Source of the DNA: Mobula hypostoma | Taxonomy: Eukaryota | DNA length: 64,000 nucleotides | Direction: 5' to 3' | NCBI RefSeq assembly: GCF_963921235.1 | Contig: NC_086109.1 | Span: 33,482,001-33,546,000, forward strand | Part shown: piece after piece, positions 11,933 through 25,099 of the stretch | Layout of the letters: each line of letters starts with the position of its first letter | Numbering within the stretch: the stretch's first letter is position 1 | Position numbers and translations under genes: made by a program | Notes under the pieces: model-generated | The model's input: only the letters and a program-made list of their open reading frames with translations | Told to the model about the DNA's origin: nothing | Database searches by the model: none

Positions 11933-13180
11933 GAAGGGAGGGAGGCAGGAAATTATAGGCCACTTAGTCTGACCTCAGTGATTGGATTGGAAATATGTTG
12001 GAGTCAATTGCTAAGGATGAGGTTTCAGGATACTTGGAGGCACATGATAAAATAGGCCAAAGTAAGAAAAGTTTCCTTAAGGGGAAAGTCTTGCCTAACA
12101 AATCTCTTGGAATTTTTTGAGGATGTTGTGGAGTTGGATTTTCAGAAGGCCTTTGATAAGGTGCTGCACCTGAGGCTGTGAAGAAGATAAGAGCCCAGAG
12201 TATTACAGGAAAGATATTGGCATGGACACAGGATTGGCTGATTGGCTGGAGGTAAAGAATGGGAACAAAGGGGGCCTTTCTTGGTTGGCTGACATTGACT
12301 TTTTTTTATGTTATGTCAATGATTTGGAGGACAAAGTTGATGGCTTTGTGGCCAAGTTTTCAGATGATAGAAAGATAAGTGGAGGAGCAAGTAGTGCTGA
12401 GGAAGCAGAGAGTATGTAGAAAAACTTGACCGATTGGGAGAATGGGCAAAGTGGCAGATGGAATATAGTGTAGGGAAGTGTATGGTCATACACTTTGGTA
12501 GAAGGAACAAAAGCATAGACTGTTTTCTAAATGGAGAGAAAACTGAAAAATCTGGGGTGCAAATATACTTGGGAGACCTTGTGCAGGATTCCCTAAAGGT
12601 TACTTGCAGGTTGAATCAGTGATGAAGAAGGCATTCATTTTGAGAGGACTAGAATATAAAAGCAAGGATGTAATGCTGAGACTTTATAAGGCATTGGTGA
12701 GGCCTTGCTTGGAGTATTTTGAATAGTTTTGGACCCCTTATCTAGGAAAGGATGTTCTGACATTGGAAAGGATTCAGGGGAGAATGTTTCTGGAAATGAA
12801 AGGGTTATCGCATGAGCGTTTAATGGCTCACTAGAATTTAGAAGAATGAGGGGCGATCTCATTTGAAACCTAGTGGATGTGGAGAGGATGTTTCCCATAG
12901 TGGGGGAGTCTAGGGCCAGAAGGCAAAACCTCAGAATAGAGAGACGTCCACTTAGAATGGAGATGATGGGGTATTTCTTTAGCCAGAGGGTGGCAAATCT
13001 GTGGAAGCCAGGTCGTTGGGTGTATTTAAGGCAAAGGTTAATAGGTTCTTGATTAGTCAAGGTGTGAAGTTTACTGGGAGAAGGCAGGAGAATTGGGCTG
13101 AGAGGGAAAACCAGCTATGGTGAAATGGTGGAGCAGACTTGATAGGTTAAACGTTCTTGTTCTGTTCCTATCTCTTATGG
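11933..13180 (+). mobile_element. Old CR1 LINE, RT and 3' part (continuation of 4640-6178)
   Basis: NYRPLSLTSV, DFQKAFDKV, VAKFSDD and a CR1 3' UTR ending tctcttatgg. Confidence 0.85.
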
Positions 13181-13559
13181 AACCTTTTGGAGGCTGTGAT
13201 TATTATATATTAAAATTCACCCTGCAGTTTGAGAGGGATAAACTGACAGAAGTATTGGTATTATAGTGGATTAAAGGGAACTACAGAGGCATGAGAGAGG
13301 TGCTGACCCAAGTTGATAGGAAGGGGGCATTAGCAGGTTAGATGACAGAGCAGCAATAGTTGGAGTTTCTGGAACTAATTTGTAAGGTTCAGGATTGGTT
13401 TTTCCCAAAAAAGAAGAATAATTCTAAAGGGAGAATGAGGTAATTGTAATTTCACAGTTTGTCTTATGTATATTAGTTATCTGTGCATTTTAGGTACAAG
13501 ATGATGCTGGTGATCATTGGTGACATTCTGTGGGCTGCAGAAAATTCTCTTAAATATAC

Positions 13560-15440
13560 CTCACTGCAATCTGTAGCATCTATATTGTCTTTAAGCAATG
13601 AAGTTTTAAATCAACTGAATGATCTTCTGATCTCACAACCGACTGATAGACTCAGCGGCCCAGACAGGCATGGCACCTTTAAGAGGGTGAAGGTTCATCA
13701 TCATGGCCGAAGGTGAGCCAGGAGGTGGGGAGACTCCAAGCCAGGCTGAAACGCAGAGGGATGAGGCCCCCTCTACCCAGCATCTGCAGTCGCTGGAGAA
13801 CAAAACTGAAGAGCTGAGGGCAAGCTGCTCTGTCAGAGAGAACTGAAAGCCTGTTCCATTGTATGCCTGATTGAAATGGGGCTTTCACCGGTCACAACAG
13901 ATAAAATGATCAAACTCGAAAGCTTCTCAGTTTACAGAATGGACTAAACTACTAATTCAGGAAAGGCAAATGGAGGAGGTGTGTGTTTTACACTAAACTC
14001 TCATTGGTGCTCTGATGTGGCGGTTTTGTTGAAATTGTATTCCCTCGACCTTGAACACTTGCCATCCATTCTATTTACCTGGAGAGTTCTCTGTAATTCA
14101 GATTGCAGTTTACATACACCAGTGGCCAACTATAATCAAGCGCTCATGATACCGTATGATGCCGACTCCATACAAGAAACAGTTCATCCCAATGCAGTTC
14201 AAATCATAGTTGGTGACTTCAGCCAGGCTTGCTTGAAGAAAATGCTGACCAATCATCATCAGCATAATAACCTGTGCTGCCAGAGATGCTAACATACTAG
14301 ACCACTGTTATACTAAGATAAGGAATGCCTACCGTTCCTTGCCCAGACTGCATTTTGATAATTCTGATCACTTGGCTGTCTTCTACCTGCATACAGGCAG
14401 AGGCTAAAGAGCAAAGGTCCAGTAATTAGGACAACAAAGAGGTCACAGGAGACAGAGCAGCATCTATGGGGTTGCTTCAAGTCAGTGGGCTGGGCCGTGT
14501 TCAAGCACTCATCTAGGGATATGACTGAATAGACCATGGTTGTCACAGACTTTATTAAAACAGCTGTAGATGAGTGCATTTCCACAAAATCGTTAAGAGT
14601 CTTCCCCAATCAGAAGCCCTGGACAAACCATGAGATCCAGAATCTACTGAGAACCAGATCAGAGGCATGCGTCTGGTGATCAGAAAAGTTACAAGAGGTC
14701 CAGGTATGATCTCCAGAAAGCCATCTCATAGGCAAAGGGAAAATTCTGAACCAAACTTGAACCAATGTAGAATGTTCGAGAGTTGTACAGGGCTTGAATA
14801 CTGTTGCTCCTTTTGAAGTTAATCAAGCAACATGGGAAATGGCTGGACTTTGCTTCCAGGTTTGCTCAATGCCTCCTATATTCAGTTTGACCATCAAAAT
14901 ACAGAGGAGCCATTATGAACTACCACGGCTCGCAATGATCCTATGATTTCAGTCTCTGAGGCCAACATGAGAGCAGCCTTCTGGTGGATGAACCCCTGAA
15001 AACCAATCAGCTCAGATGGGGTACCTGGCCTCGTACTGAAGACCTGTACAGATCAACTGGCTGGTGTGTTCACTGAGATCTTTAACCTCTTGCTTCGGCA
15101 GTCTGAGGTACCGATCTGCTTCAAGCAGTCATCAAGTATAGCAGTGGCCAAGAAAAGTGCATTGGCCTGCCTCAATGACTATCGCCCAGTAGCACCTACA
15201 ATCACAGTGATGAAGTGATTTGAGACGTTGGTGATGAAACTTATTAACTCTTGCCAGAGAAGTGACTTAGGTCCACTCCAATTTGCCTACCGGAGCAGCA
15301 ACTTCACAGCGGATGCCATCTCATTGGCTCTTCAGACAACCCTGAAACATTTGGACAGCAAAGATGCATACATCCGGATGATCTTTATCGATTACACCTA
15401 GGCATTTAACACCATCATCCCCTCAAAACTACAAGCGTTT
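13560..15440 (+). mobile_element. Rex1/Babar-type LINE, APE and RT 5' part, decayed
   Basis: RRGMRPPLPS, GKANGGGVCF, IIVGDFSQA, LDHCY, LNDYRPVA and FIDYT*AFNTI. The left boundary is approximate. Confidence 0.8.
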
Positions 15441-15632
15441 GTAATTAGTAGAGTCACATGGGCACCAGGCAAGATGGCCGCACGTTAGTGGAGCTCCAAC
15501 AACCCACTATGAAATTCTATTAATTAGAGCATATTTATCCCACCTTCTCCAGATACAGCTGTCCCACAGTTAGAAACTGTTTGTTTTCTTCACTAAAGTG
15601 CTAATAACAACTTTGTGAGATAACTCTGTACG

Positions 15633-16565
15633 ATGTCAAGACCTTCTAAGAACGCTACAACGAGCCACGTGGCTACAAGACAGAGCCCACAGTCCGAAGT
15701 TCAAGCCACACTAGCGACGCAGACGGACCAAAGCTCCAACATGGAAAATTTACTGGCTGAGGTTAGTCGTATAAGTTCCACTCTACTCGTGGTGGCTGCT
15801 GATGTATCTACCATTAAGGAAACGACAACAGAGCTGAAGAACTCCGTCAATGCCATTCAAGAGAGGCTGACGGAAGCCGAGGGCCGCCTCTCCAGTGTGG
15901 AGGACACCACTGGGCAACTGGTGGTTGCCAGCGAGCAGAATAATAAACGCTTGGACCTGCTGTGGAACCGCGTCAAGGAGCTTGAGAACAGGAGCAGAGG
16001 CAACAACGTCAGGCTGATCGGTCTAAAGGAGGGAGCGGAAATGGGAAGTCTGATTAAGTGTGTGCAGAGGATCATGTCCGAAGGATTTGGCATCGAACTG
16101 AATGCAGAGTTTGAGACTGAGAGGGCACATCGGGTCTCGGCTCCTAGGCCGGGTGAGAATCACCCTCCCAGGCTGGTCCTAATACGATTCTTGCGCTCTT
16201 TGGCCAGAGAGAAAGTACTACAACTGGCTAAAGCAAAGAGAGGAGTTGAGTGGGAGGGATGCAAAGTTTCCTTCTTTCCAGATATGTCCAGAGAATTGGC
16301 TGAAAAGCGGAGGGCATTTACTACGGCTCGGAAAATGCTGCAAGAAGTCAACGTGAGGTATACACTCGCTTATTCAGCAGTTCTACGCTTCACGTGGGAA
16401 GGAAAAAACAGTTCTTTACTCCTGCTGCAGAAGCAGAGAAATTCATTCAGAAAAACTGCGGCGCTGGCACTGACTGAGAGACAGGACATGATTACTGTAA
16501 TAGGTGGAGATAACTTTTTAGGTATAACAAGGTGGGTGGGGAGCTGGTTAAAGCGGTCTGATTAG
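15633..16565 (+). CDS. L1 ORF1 (coiled-coil, RRM, CTD; Transposase_22-like), probably frameshifted near the C-terminus
   Basis: LENRSRGNNVRLIGLKEG, ERAHRV, PRLVLIRFL and FFPDMS are L1 ORF1p motifs. Confidence 0.85.
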   Translation: MSRPSKNATTSHVATRQSPQSEVQATLATQTDQSSNMENLLAEVSRISSTLLVVAADVSTIKETTTELKNSVNAIQERLTEAEGRLSSVEDTTGQLVVASEQNNKRLDLLWNRVKELENRSRGNNVRLIGLKEGAEMGSLIKCVQRIMSEGFGIELNAEFETERAHRVSAPRPGENHPPRLVLIRFLRSLAREKVLQLAKAKRGVEWEGCKVSFFPDMSRELAEKRRAFTTARKMLQEVNVRYTLAYSAVLRFTWEGKNSSLLLLQKQRNSFRKTAALALTERQDMITVIGGDNFLGITRWVGSWLKRSD

Positions 16566-16891
16566 GGCTAGGCTTACTAGCTGGCGCGGCACATTGCAGA
16601 CCATATCATGTGTCTTTTTCTTTTCTGTTTCTTTGTGGAGTTTATCCTACCTGTTTGTTTTCATTTGTTAGTTAAACTGGCAGAAATATCTTATTTCTAC
16701 GTTTTTGGGTTATGTTGGCTGTTTACTTGTTGTTTGAGAGCACGGCATTTGCAGTGTTTGTTGGTAATCATTGAGCATGGGGATAGAGTACAGGTTTGTT
16801 TTTGAGTTTTCATTTTATTGCATTCCAGACTCAGCCACCTGGGTCAATGTATATTTTCGCACATGTGTGCATGATGTTTAGAACATTGAAA

Positions 16892-19800
16892 ATGGTTAAT
16901 TTCATATCATGGAACATTAATGGGTGTGAAAATCCAATCAAGAGGGAAAAGATTTTATAATACCTTAAAGGTAAATAAATTGATGTTCCATTCGTCCAGG
17001 AAACACATTTTAAAGATGTTGAAGCACTGAAATTTAGAAGAGATTGGGTGGCCCAGGTATTCTATTCATCATTTAATAGCAAACAAAATCAGACAATGAT
17101 TTTAGTTAACAAAAAACTTAGTTTTGTATTGTTTGGGGAATTTAAAGACAAGGAAGACAGGATAATTTGTACAGATGCACTTATTAATGGGATGAAAGTA
17201 GTACTTTGTAACATATATGCACCTAATAAGGAAGACCCAGACTTTCTTAACAAGGTGAACGAAATTTTAGGTACCAAGGAAGGAAAAATAACTTTAACAA
17301 GAGACTTTAACCAAGTAATGGACTCTGTTATTGATAAAAGCAAATTTCAGACATCCACCAGTACCTAGGGACAGGGCTGCCTTACATCAACTTATTGAGG
17401 ATACAAGTCTGGTGGATATATGGCGATTGGTGAATCCATCCGGAAAAGAATATACATTTTGCTCTCACTGACATAAATCCTACTCTAGAATAGATTTTTT
17501 TCTAATAACCAACTCCATTGTAGAACAGATGATAGACTGTAAAATTGGCCCGAAAGCATTATCAGACCATGCACCGGTTGAAATTCAAATTGATTTAAAT
17601 ACTGAAAGGGGAAGGAGGGGTAGATGGTGAGTGAATACTATGCTGTTAAAAGATGAGGATTTTAGTGATAAGTTGGCTGAGGATCTGACTTCATTTTTTG
17701 AATTGAACGTAGGGACCACAGTAAAGCTGTCCTCGGTATGGGAGGCATCCAAGGCATATATAAGAGGAAAATTAATAGCACAAACATCTAAAAGGAAGAA
17801 AGAAAGCATGGAGTAAATAAAAAAAACTGGAAGCAGAAATAACCACATTGGAAAAGGTCTTATCAAGACAATATACCGATGACTTATACAAAGATCTGTG
17901 CAATTTGAAATTCCAGCTAAATAATATATATAAAACAAAAAGCTGAATATGCATTATTTAGATTAAAAACAAGTTTCTACAAAGGTGGTGACAAAGCTGG
18001 TAAGCTGCTGTCATGATATTTAAAGCAGCAGAATATGAATAGTGTTATACCTGTAATTAAGAAAGGGGATACATTAGTGTCATTATCTAAAGAAAGAAAC
18101 AAACTCTTTCAACAGTTCTATGAACATTTATATGCATCACCGTTTAACCATGACCAGGAGGAGCTGAATCAGTTTTTTGCTAACATAAAATTGCCTGCAT
18201 TATCCCCACAACAAGCTGAGTACTCAGATGCCCCAATTACTGAGGATGAGGTCAGACGGGCTATTGCGGCTATGAAAATGGGGAAATCTCCAGGTATGGA
18301 TGGCTTCCCAGTTGAATATTATAAGAAATTTCTGGATATATTGGCTCCTATTCTAACAAAAATCTATTCAGAAGCATTTAATTTGGAATCTTTACATAAT
18401 ACATTTAATGAAGCATTAATATCGTTGATCCCAAAAAAAGACAGGGATGCAATAAATCCTTTCAATTACAGGCCTATAAGTTTAATTCATGTGGACTGTA
18501 AGATATTATCTAAAATACTGGCTTCGCGATTAGAGAAAGTATTGCCGTCTATAATTAATACTGACCAGATTGGCTTCACTAAAGGCAGATCCCTAGCTGA
18601 CAATTTAAGGAGATTACTGTACTTAACATGGCTGAACTCCTCAAGCAGTATCCCAGTTACTGCCATCTCCCTGGATGCCGAAAAGGCCTTTGACAGGGTT
18701 GAGTGGAGATTTTTAATCACAGCCTTGTCATTCTTTGGGTTTGGCTCTATCTTTAAATCATGGATTAGAATTTTATATAAAAACCCTAAGGCTGTAGTTA
18801 TTACAAATGGTATCATATCCCCATTTTTCAACATTTCAAGGAGTACACGCCAAGGCTACCCCCTCTCCCCACTGTTAGTTATGATTTTTTTTGGAACTGT
18901 TGGCAATCATGATGAGAGCAGATCCAAATATTAGAGGGGTGAAGGGAGGTGGAAAGGAGCATAAACTGATGCTATATGCTGACGGTATTTTATTACTGAT
19001 TAGTGACCCTCCTAATTCCTTACCCCCACTAATGAAAACAATTCAATTATACTCTGAGGTATCTGGTTATAAAATCAACAGCAATAGATCTGAGGCTATG
19101 CCAATGTCAAAATTGTGTTATTCAAATTCAGTATCTCAGTTTAATTTCAGATGGGTGCCAGTTGGAATGAAGTATCTAGGGGTCAAACTCAGTCAGAATT
19201 TGGGTGAAATAATTACTTTAAATTATGATCCATTATTGAGTAGGATAAGAAATAATCTGGATAAATAGGGGGCACTGAGACTGTCACTCTGGGGTACAGT
19301 CAATGTAGGTAAAATGGTCATAGCACCTCATTTTAACTATCTTTCTATGATGCTTCCTTTAAATATATCAGATTTGATCTACAAGCAATACAACAAAATT
19401 ATCAATGATTTTCTATGGGATAAGAAGAAGCCCAGAATTAAAATGAGTAAGATGTGTCTGTCCAGGGACATGGGTGGGCTCAGTCTACCAGATGTCAGGG
19501 CCAATAAATTATCCTTTGAAATGACCAAATTAGCTAAACATTGGGACAGGGCTGATGTTGATTTAGATTGGGTAATTATAGAACGGAACCTGGCTGCACC
19601 ACATTCACTCCTTAACATCCTCTCACTACATGTGGAAAACAAGACTAATCTAAATCCTATACTATTTCACTCAAGGAGTGTGTGGAGTACAATTCATAAA
19701 GCCTGTAGAATGTCACATTTAAACCAGTTATACTCCTTGCTCTGGAATAGCCCTGAGATATGCACTGGGAAAAGAATGGTGTACTGGAAAGAATGGAAGA

Positions 19801-20660
19801 TTAAAGGTGTAAATACAGTAGGTGATCTTGATGAGAATGGGATTTTTATGTCATATGTGGATTTGCAGAGGAAAGATAACTTTGTAAATAAAGGGAATTT
19901 TTGGAAGTATTTACAAATAAGACATTGCATTAGTAGCATATTTAAGAACGGTGACCCACAAAGTAACCCTTTAACTGAATACTTTACACTACCACAGGAA
20001 GTTCATAACGCATCAGTGTTTTATAAAATGTTCAAGCACTCTGTGGGCGAATCATGTAACAATCTCAAAGCAGTATGGCAGAAGGATCTTGGAAGCGATA
20101 GTGAAGATAATGAGTGGTCAAATATTTTATCAAATGTGGGTAAACATATTAGGGAAGCGAGAGGGAAATTTATTCAGTATAAGATAGTACACAGATATTA
20201 TTGGACACCAACTAGACTGTACAAAATGGGGATTGTTGATGATAATTTATGCTGGAAATGTAAAAATGAGGTGGGCATATATTTTCACAAGATTTGGGAG
20301 TGTTCCATGGTTTGTCCATTTTGGTGTAAAGTTCTTGATCTGTTGTGGAATTGGTCGGGTTCCACACTGCCCTTGTGCCCACGGCTTTGTCTCTTGGGTG
20401 ATAGGACAATGATACCTAATGTAAACAATGACAAATTTACTATTTTAAAGGTGGGTCTCATCACAGTTGCAAGAATTATATTGCAAAACTTGAAAAAACC
20501 AAGATGTCCCACTGTGAAGGAATGGACTGAGGAAATGATTAAGATTTCATCATATGAACACATGTTGGGAAGAATTAACAGTGAGGGAAAAGTGCAAGGT
20601 GCGTGGGATCAATTTTGGTTGTATGTTTATTTGAACTTAAGAGACAGAAAGAAGTTCTAA
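16892..20660 (+). pseudogene. L1 ORF2 (APE, RT, CCHC) with multiple stops and frameshifts
   Basis: SWNING, QETH, NIYAPN, SRID, SDHA, KSPGMDG, YRPISL, LDAEKAFDRV, RQGYPLSP, YADG (catalytic D lost) and CWKC..HKIWEC. Confidence 0.9.
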
Positions 20661-20790
20661 TTTAAGTTTTATTTGTTTTCCTGTCATGGCATGGCTGTGT
20701 AAATATGCTGTACTGTATCTGCTCTGTGATATGCTGTGCTGCTTTGTAAAATAAGAATAAATAATAATAAATATTTTAATTAAAAAAACT

Positions 20791-21510
20791 AATTAGTAAA
20801 CACCAAGACCTGTGCCTCAATACTCCTTGTGGAATTGGATCCTGGATTTCCTCACTTGTAGACCCCAGTCGGTCTGGACTGGCAAAAATATCTTGTTCAC
20901 AATCTCCATCAGCACAGGAGCATCGCAGGGATGATTACTTAGCCCCCTGCTCTACTCACTTTGCACCTATGACTGTGTGGCTAACTACAACCCCAACACC
21001 ATGTTTAAGTTTGCTGATGACGCTACTGGTATGGGAACACCAATGCCTTTGAGTGTAAAATCCTACAAAAGGTAATGGACTTGACCTAATACATCACAGG
21101 TAAAACCCTCCCAACCATCGTTTATATGTACATGAAAAGCAGCATCCATCATCAAAGATCCTCACCACCCAGGCCATGCTCTCTTCTCACTGCTGCCATC
21201 AGGTAGAAGGTACAGGTGCCTCAGGACTCGGAACAACAACAAGTTCAAAAACCATTTCTACCCCTCAGCCATCAAGCTCTTGAATAAAAAGGGATAATTA
21301 CACTCATTTAAGGACTCTTTATCTTGTTAGTTCATGTTCATTATTTATTATTATTTATTTATTATCAGCATTTGCAAAGTTTGTTTACAGTTCCCGATGT
21401 TTACAGTTATTGTCCTGTAGAATTGCAAAGGGGTATGTCCACAGAAAAAGAATCTCAGCGTTGTATATGGTGACATGTATGTAGTTCGATAATAAATTTT
21501 ATTTTAAACT
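20791..21510 (+). mobile_element. Rex1/Babar LINE 3' part (continuation of 13560-15440)
   Basis: WILDFLT, LSPLLYSL, KFADD, HHPGHALFSLLPSGRRY and a 3' UTR ending in aataaa. Confidence 0.8.
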
Positions 21511-22721
21511 TGGATAATAATATTATATTGAAGCTTGAAGTTTGAGAAGCTGCTTTGAATGCAGCTCTGGCTGACTCCACTCTTTTGGGATCATTCATTT
21601 AAAAATTTGGGGAGGAAATCGGGGGGATATAAGTTACTGGTCCTCAAAACTACATGAGGAGATCAAAATGCATAAATAACTCTCATTTGTCAGATGATAC
21701 AATCATCACGCAACATTTATGCTGTGTTCTCTTTGTAGTAATACCACAATCCAGCCAATATTAACCATGATGCCAAATACCTACTGTCTGACCAGAAGTC
21801 CTATTTTTTTTTGTACAAACGTTTGTACATCTTGCACCAATTAACATGAGACCACACTACTTAAAACGCACCTTACTTTCTTCAAGGGAAGGTGCAGTAG
21901 GTTTCCAGCAGGCGCTAAGTGTCCTGGCTGAAGTGATTGTAACTTGCAGAGAGCTTTATTGCCCAAAAAGAGAGAGGGGGAAAAAATGGGTATGCAACTT
22001 TGTTCTGGTGCACTAACATGGAAATGAGAATAGATGCTGTTTGCAGAGGAATCAGAGACCAGTTAATAGGCAGTCAGAGGAGATAGGCCTCTTGGATGGA
22101 TTGCCACAACCTCGCAGAAGTAATCAAGGTCAGTTGAAATCAATCAGCATCGGACACGCAAGTGGTTAGTGGTACCTTTGAACATCACAGATGGAAAGGA
22201 ATGGGGTGGCTTTTTGACCAAGTTTGCCCATGATATAAGGACAGATGGAAGGGCAGCTGGTGTTGAGGAAGCAGAGAGTCTGTAGAAGGACATGGACAGA
22301 TTAAGAGAATGGGCAAGGAAGTGGCAGATGGAATACAGTGTAGGGTCATGCACTTTGATGGATTAAGGGCAAAGACTGTATTCAAAACGGGGAGCAAATT
22401 CAGAAATCAGAGGTGCAAAGGGACCTGGGGGTCTTAGTGCAGGGTACCCTAAAGGTTAAATTGCAGGTTGAGTTAGTAGTGGCAATGGCAGTTTTAGTTA
22501 GTAATGGCAAATGTAATGTTAACATTCATTTCAAGAGGATTAGAATACAAAATCAAGATGTAATGCTGAGGCTTTATAAGGCTGTGGTCAGACTGCACTT
22601 GGAGTATTGTGACAGTTTCAGGCCCCTTATCTAAGAAAGGATGTGTTGGCATTGGAGAGGGTCCAGATGAGATTCACGAGAATGATCCCAGAAATGATAG
22701 AGTTAACATATGAGGTGCATT

Positions 22722-24593
22722 TAGACCATAAGACCATAAGACAAAGGAGCAGAAGTTGGCCATTCAGCCCATCGAGTCTGCTCCGCCATTTTATCATGAG
22801 CTGATCCATTCTCCCATTTAGTCCCGCTCCCCCGCCTTCTCACCATAATCTTTGATGCCCTGGCTACTCAGATACTGATCAATCTCTGCCTTAAATACAC
22901 CCAATGACTTGGCCTCCACTGCTGCCTGTGGCAACAAATTCCATAGATTCACTACCCTCTGACTAAAAAAATTTCTTCGCATTTCAGTTCTGAATGGGCG
23001 CCCTTCAATCCTTAAGTCATGCCCTCTCGTACTAGACTCCCCCATCACGGGAAACAACTTTGCCACATCCACTCTGTCCATGCCTTTCAACATTCGAAAT
23101 GTTTCTATGAGGTCTCCCCTCATTCTTCTAAACTCCAAGGAATACAGTCCAAGAGCGGACAAACGTTCCTCATATGTTAACCCTCTCATTTCCGGAATCA
23201 TTCTAGTGAATCTTCTCTGTACCCTCTCCAACGTCAGCACATCCTTTCTTAAATAAGGAGACCAAAACTGCCCACAGTACTCCAAGTGAGGTCTCACCAG
23301 TGCCTCATAGAGCCTCAACATCACAACCCTGCTCCTATACTCTATTCCTCTAGAAATGAATGCCAACATTGCATTCGCCTTCTTCACCACTGACTCAACC
23401 TGGAGGTTAACTTTAAGGGTATCCTGTACGAGGACTCCCAAGTCCCGTTGCATCTCCGAACTTTGAATTCTTTCCCCATTTAAATAATAGTCTGCCCATT
23501 TATTTTTTCTGCCAAAGTGCATAACCATACACTTTCCAATATTGTACTTAATTTGCCACTTCTCTGCCCATTCTTCCAATCTATCCAAGTCTCTCTGCAG
23601 ACTCTCTGTTTCCTCAGCACTACCGGCCCCTCCACCTATCTTCGTATCATCAGCAAACTTAGCCACAAAGCCATCTATTCTATAATCCAAATCATTGATG
23701 TACAATATAAAAAGAAGTGGCCCCAACACGGACCCCTGTGGAACACCACTGGTAACCGGCAGCCAACCAGAGTAGGATCCTTTTATTCCCACTCTCTGTT
23801 TTCTGCCAATTAGCCAACACTCTATCCACGTATGTAACTTTCCCGTAATTCCATGGGCTCTTATCTTGTTAAGTAGCCTCATGTGTGGCACCTTGTCAAA
23901 GGCCTTCTGAAAATCCAAATATACAACATCCACTGCATCTCCTTTGTCTAGCCTACTGGTAATTTCCTCAAAAAATTGTAATAGGTTTGTCAGGCAGGAT
24001 TTTCCTTTAAGGAATCCATGCTGAGTTCTGCCTGTCTTGTCATATGCCTCCAGGTACTCTGTAACCTCATCCTTGACAATCAACTCCAACAACTTCCCAA
24101 CCACCGATGTCAAGGTAACAGGTCTATAATTTCCTTTTTGCTTCCTTGCCCCTTTCTTAAATAGCGGAGTGACAGTTGCAATCTTCCAGTCCTCCGGAAC
24201 CATGCCAGAATCTATCGACTTTTGAAAGATCATCGCTAATGCCTCCGTAATCTCCACAGCTACTTCCTTCAGAACACACGGGTGCATTCCATCTGGTCCA
24301 GGAGATTTATCTACCTTTAGACTATTCAGCTTCCTGAGTACTTTCTCTGTCGTAATTGTGACTGCGCACACTTCTCTTCCTTGCCACCCTTGAGTGTCCG
24401 GTATACTGCTGATGTCTTCCTCAGTGAAGACTGATGCAAAATACTTGTTCAGTTCCTCTGCCATCTCCTTATCTTCCATTACAATTTCTCCAGCATCATT
24501 TTCTATCGGTCCTATATCTACTCTCACCTGTCTTTTACTCTTTATATACTTGAAAAAGCTTTTAGTATCCTCAAAAAGCTTTTAGTATCCTCT
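22722..24593 (-). mobile_element. Young 5'-truncated CR1 LINE with an uninterrupted RT frame
   Basis: (TCTTATGG)n tail at 22722-22745, a 569-aa ORF at 22818-24527, and a short attt duplication at 22718-22721 and 24594-24597. Confidence 0.92.
22818..24527 (-). CDS. CR1 ORF2 reverse transcriptase domain and C-terminus (endonuclease lost by 5' truncation)
   Basis: KSPGPDG, NYRPV, YLDFQKAFDKV, GVPQGSVLGP and KFADDTK, with no internal stops. Confidence 0.88.
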   Translation of the reverse strand: MRVDIGPIENDAGEIVMEDKEMAEELNKYFASVFTEEDISSIPDTQGWQGREVCAVTITTEKVLRKLNSLKVDKSPGPDGMHPCVLKEVAVEITEALAMIFQKSIDSGMVPEDWKIATVTPLFKKGARKQKGNYRPVTLTSVVGKLLELIVKDEVTEYLEAYDKTGRTQHGFLKGKSCLTNLLQFFEEITSRLDKGDAVDVVYLDFQKAFDKVPHMRLLNKIRAHGITGKLHTWIECWLIGRKQRVGIKGSYSGWLPVTSGVPQGSVLGPLLFILYINDLDYRIDGFVAKFADDTKIGGGAGSAEETESLQRDLDRLEEWAEKWQIKYNIGKCMVMHFGRKNKWADYYLNGERIQSSEMQRDLGVLVQDTLKVNLQVESVVKKANAMLAFISRGIEYRSRVVMLRLYEALVRPHLEYCGQFWSPYLRKDVLTLERVQRRFTRMIPEMRGLTYEERLSALGLYSLEFRRMRGDLIETFRMLKGMDRVDVAKLFPVMGESSTRGHDLRIEGRPFRTEMRRNFFSQRVVNLWNLLPQAAVEAKSLGVFKAEIDQYLSSQGIKDYGEKAGERD

Positions 24594-25099
24594 ATTTGAT
24601 GGCTCTGGGCCTGTATCTGCTGGAGTTTAGAAGAAGGAGGGAGAAATCTCATTGAAGTCTATCAAATACTGAAAGCCTAGACAGTGAGGACCTGGAGAAG
24701 ATGTTTCCAATAGTGGGAGAGCCTAGGACCCGAGGGCATAGCCTCCAAGTACAGGAACAATGATGAGAAGGAATTTTTTTAGCCAGAGAGTGGTAAATCC
24801 GTGGAATTTATTGTCACAGGTGGCTGTGGAGGCTAAGTAATTGGGTATACTTAAAGCAGAGGTTGATAGCTTCTTGATTAGTAAGGGTTACTGGGAGAAG
24901 GCAGGAGAATGGGGATGGAAGGGAAATACTTTAGCCATGACTGAATGACAGAGCAGACCCATGCTGAATGGTATAATTCTGCTCCTATGCATTACTGTCA
25001 AATTAAAAGTTCAGTGAACAATTGTTTATTGTGACATCCACTTATTGTTGTAAAGAGAGCTTTTGGCACATTGTTGGGATGTTAGTGAAGTTGTAGAAG

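Larger units (their letters stand above)
15451..20785 (+). mobile_element. Full-length L1-clade LINE, inactivated
   Basis: Short 5' UTR with a caagatggcc (YY1-type) motif, ORF1, a T-rich spacer, ORF2, and an AATAAA/A-rich tail. Flanked by taattagta repeats at 15442-15450 and 20790-20798. Confidence 0.9.
22100..25000 (+). mobile_element. Older CR1 3' fragment (22100-22721 plus 24594-25000), split by an antisense CR1
   Basis: QRDLGVLVQ and LRLYKAVVRLHLEYC. The sequence gaggtgcattt|gatggctctggg rejoins across the insert. Confidence 0.8.

Noticed and set aside
13480..13560. Splice-acceptor-like ttttag|GTACAAG; similar sites at ~33741 and ~38415
   Set aside because: No paired donor or coherent reading frame links them into a gene.
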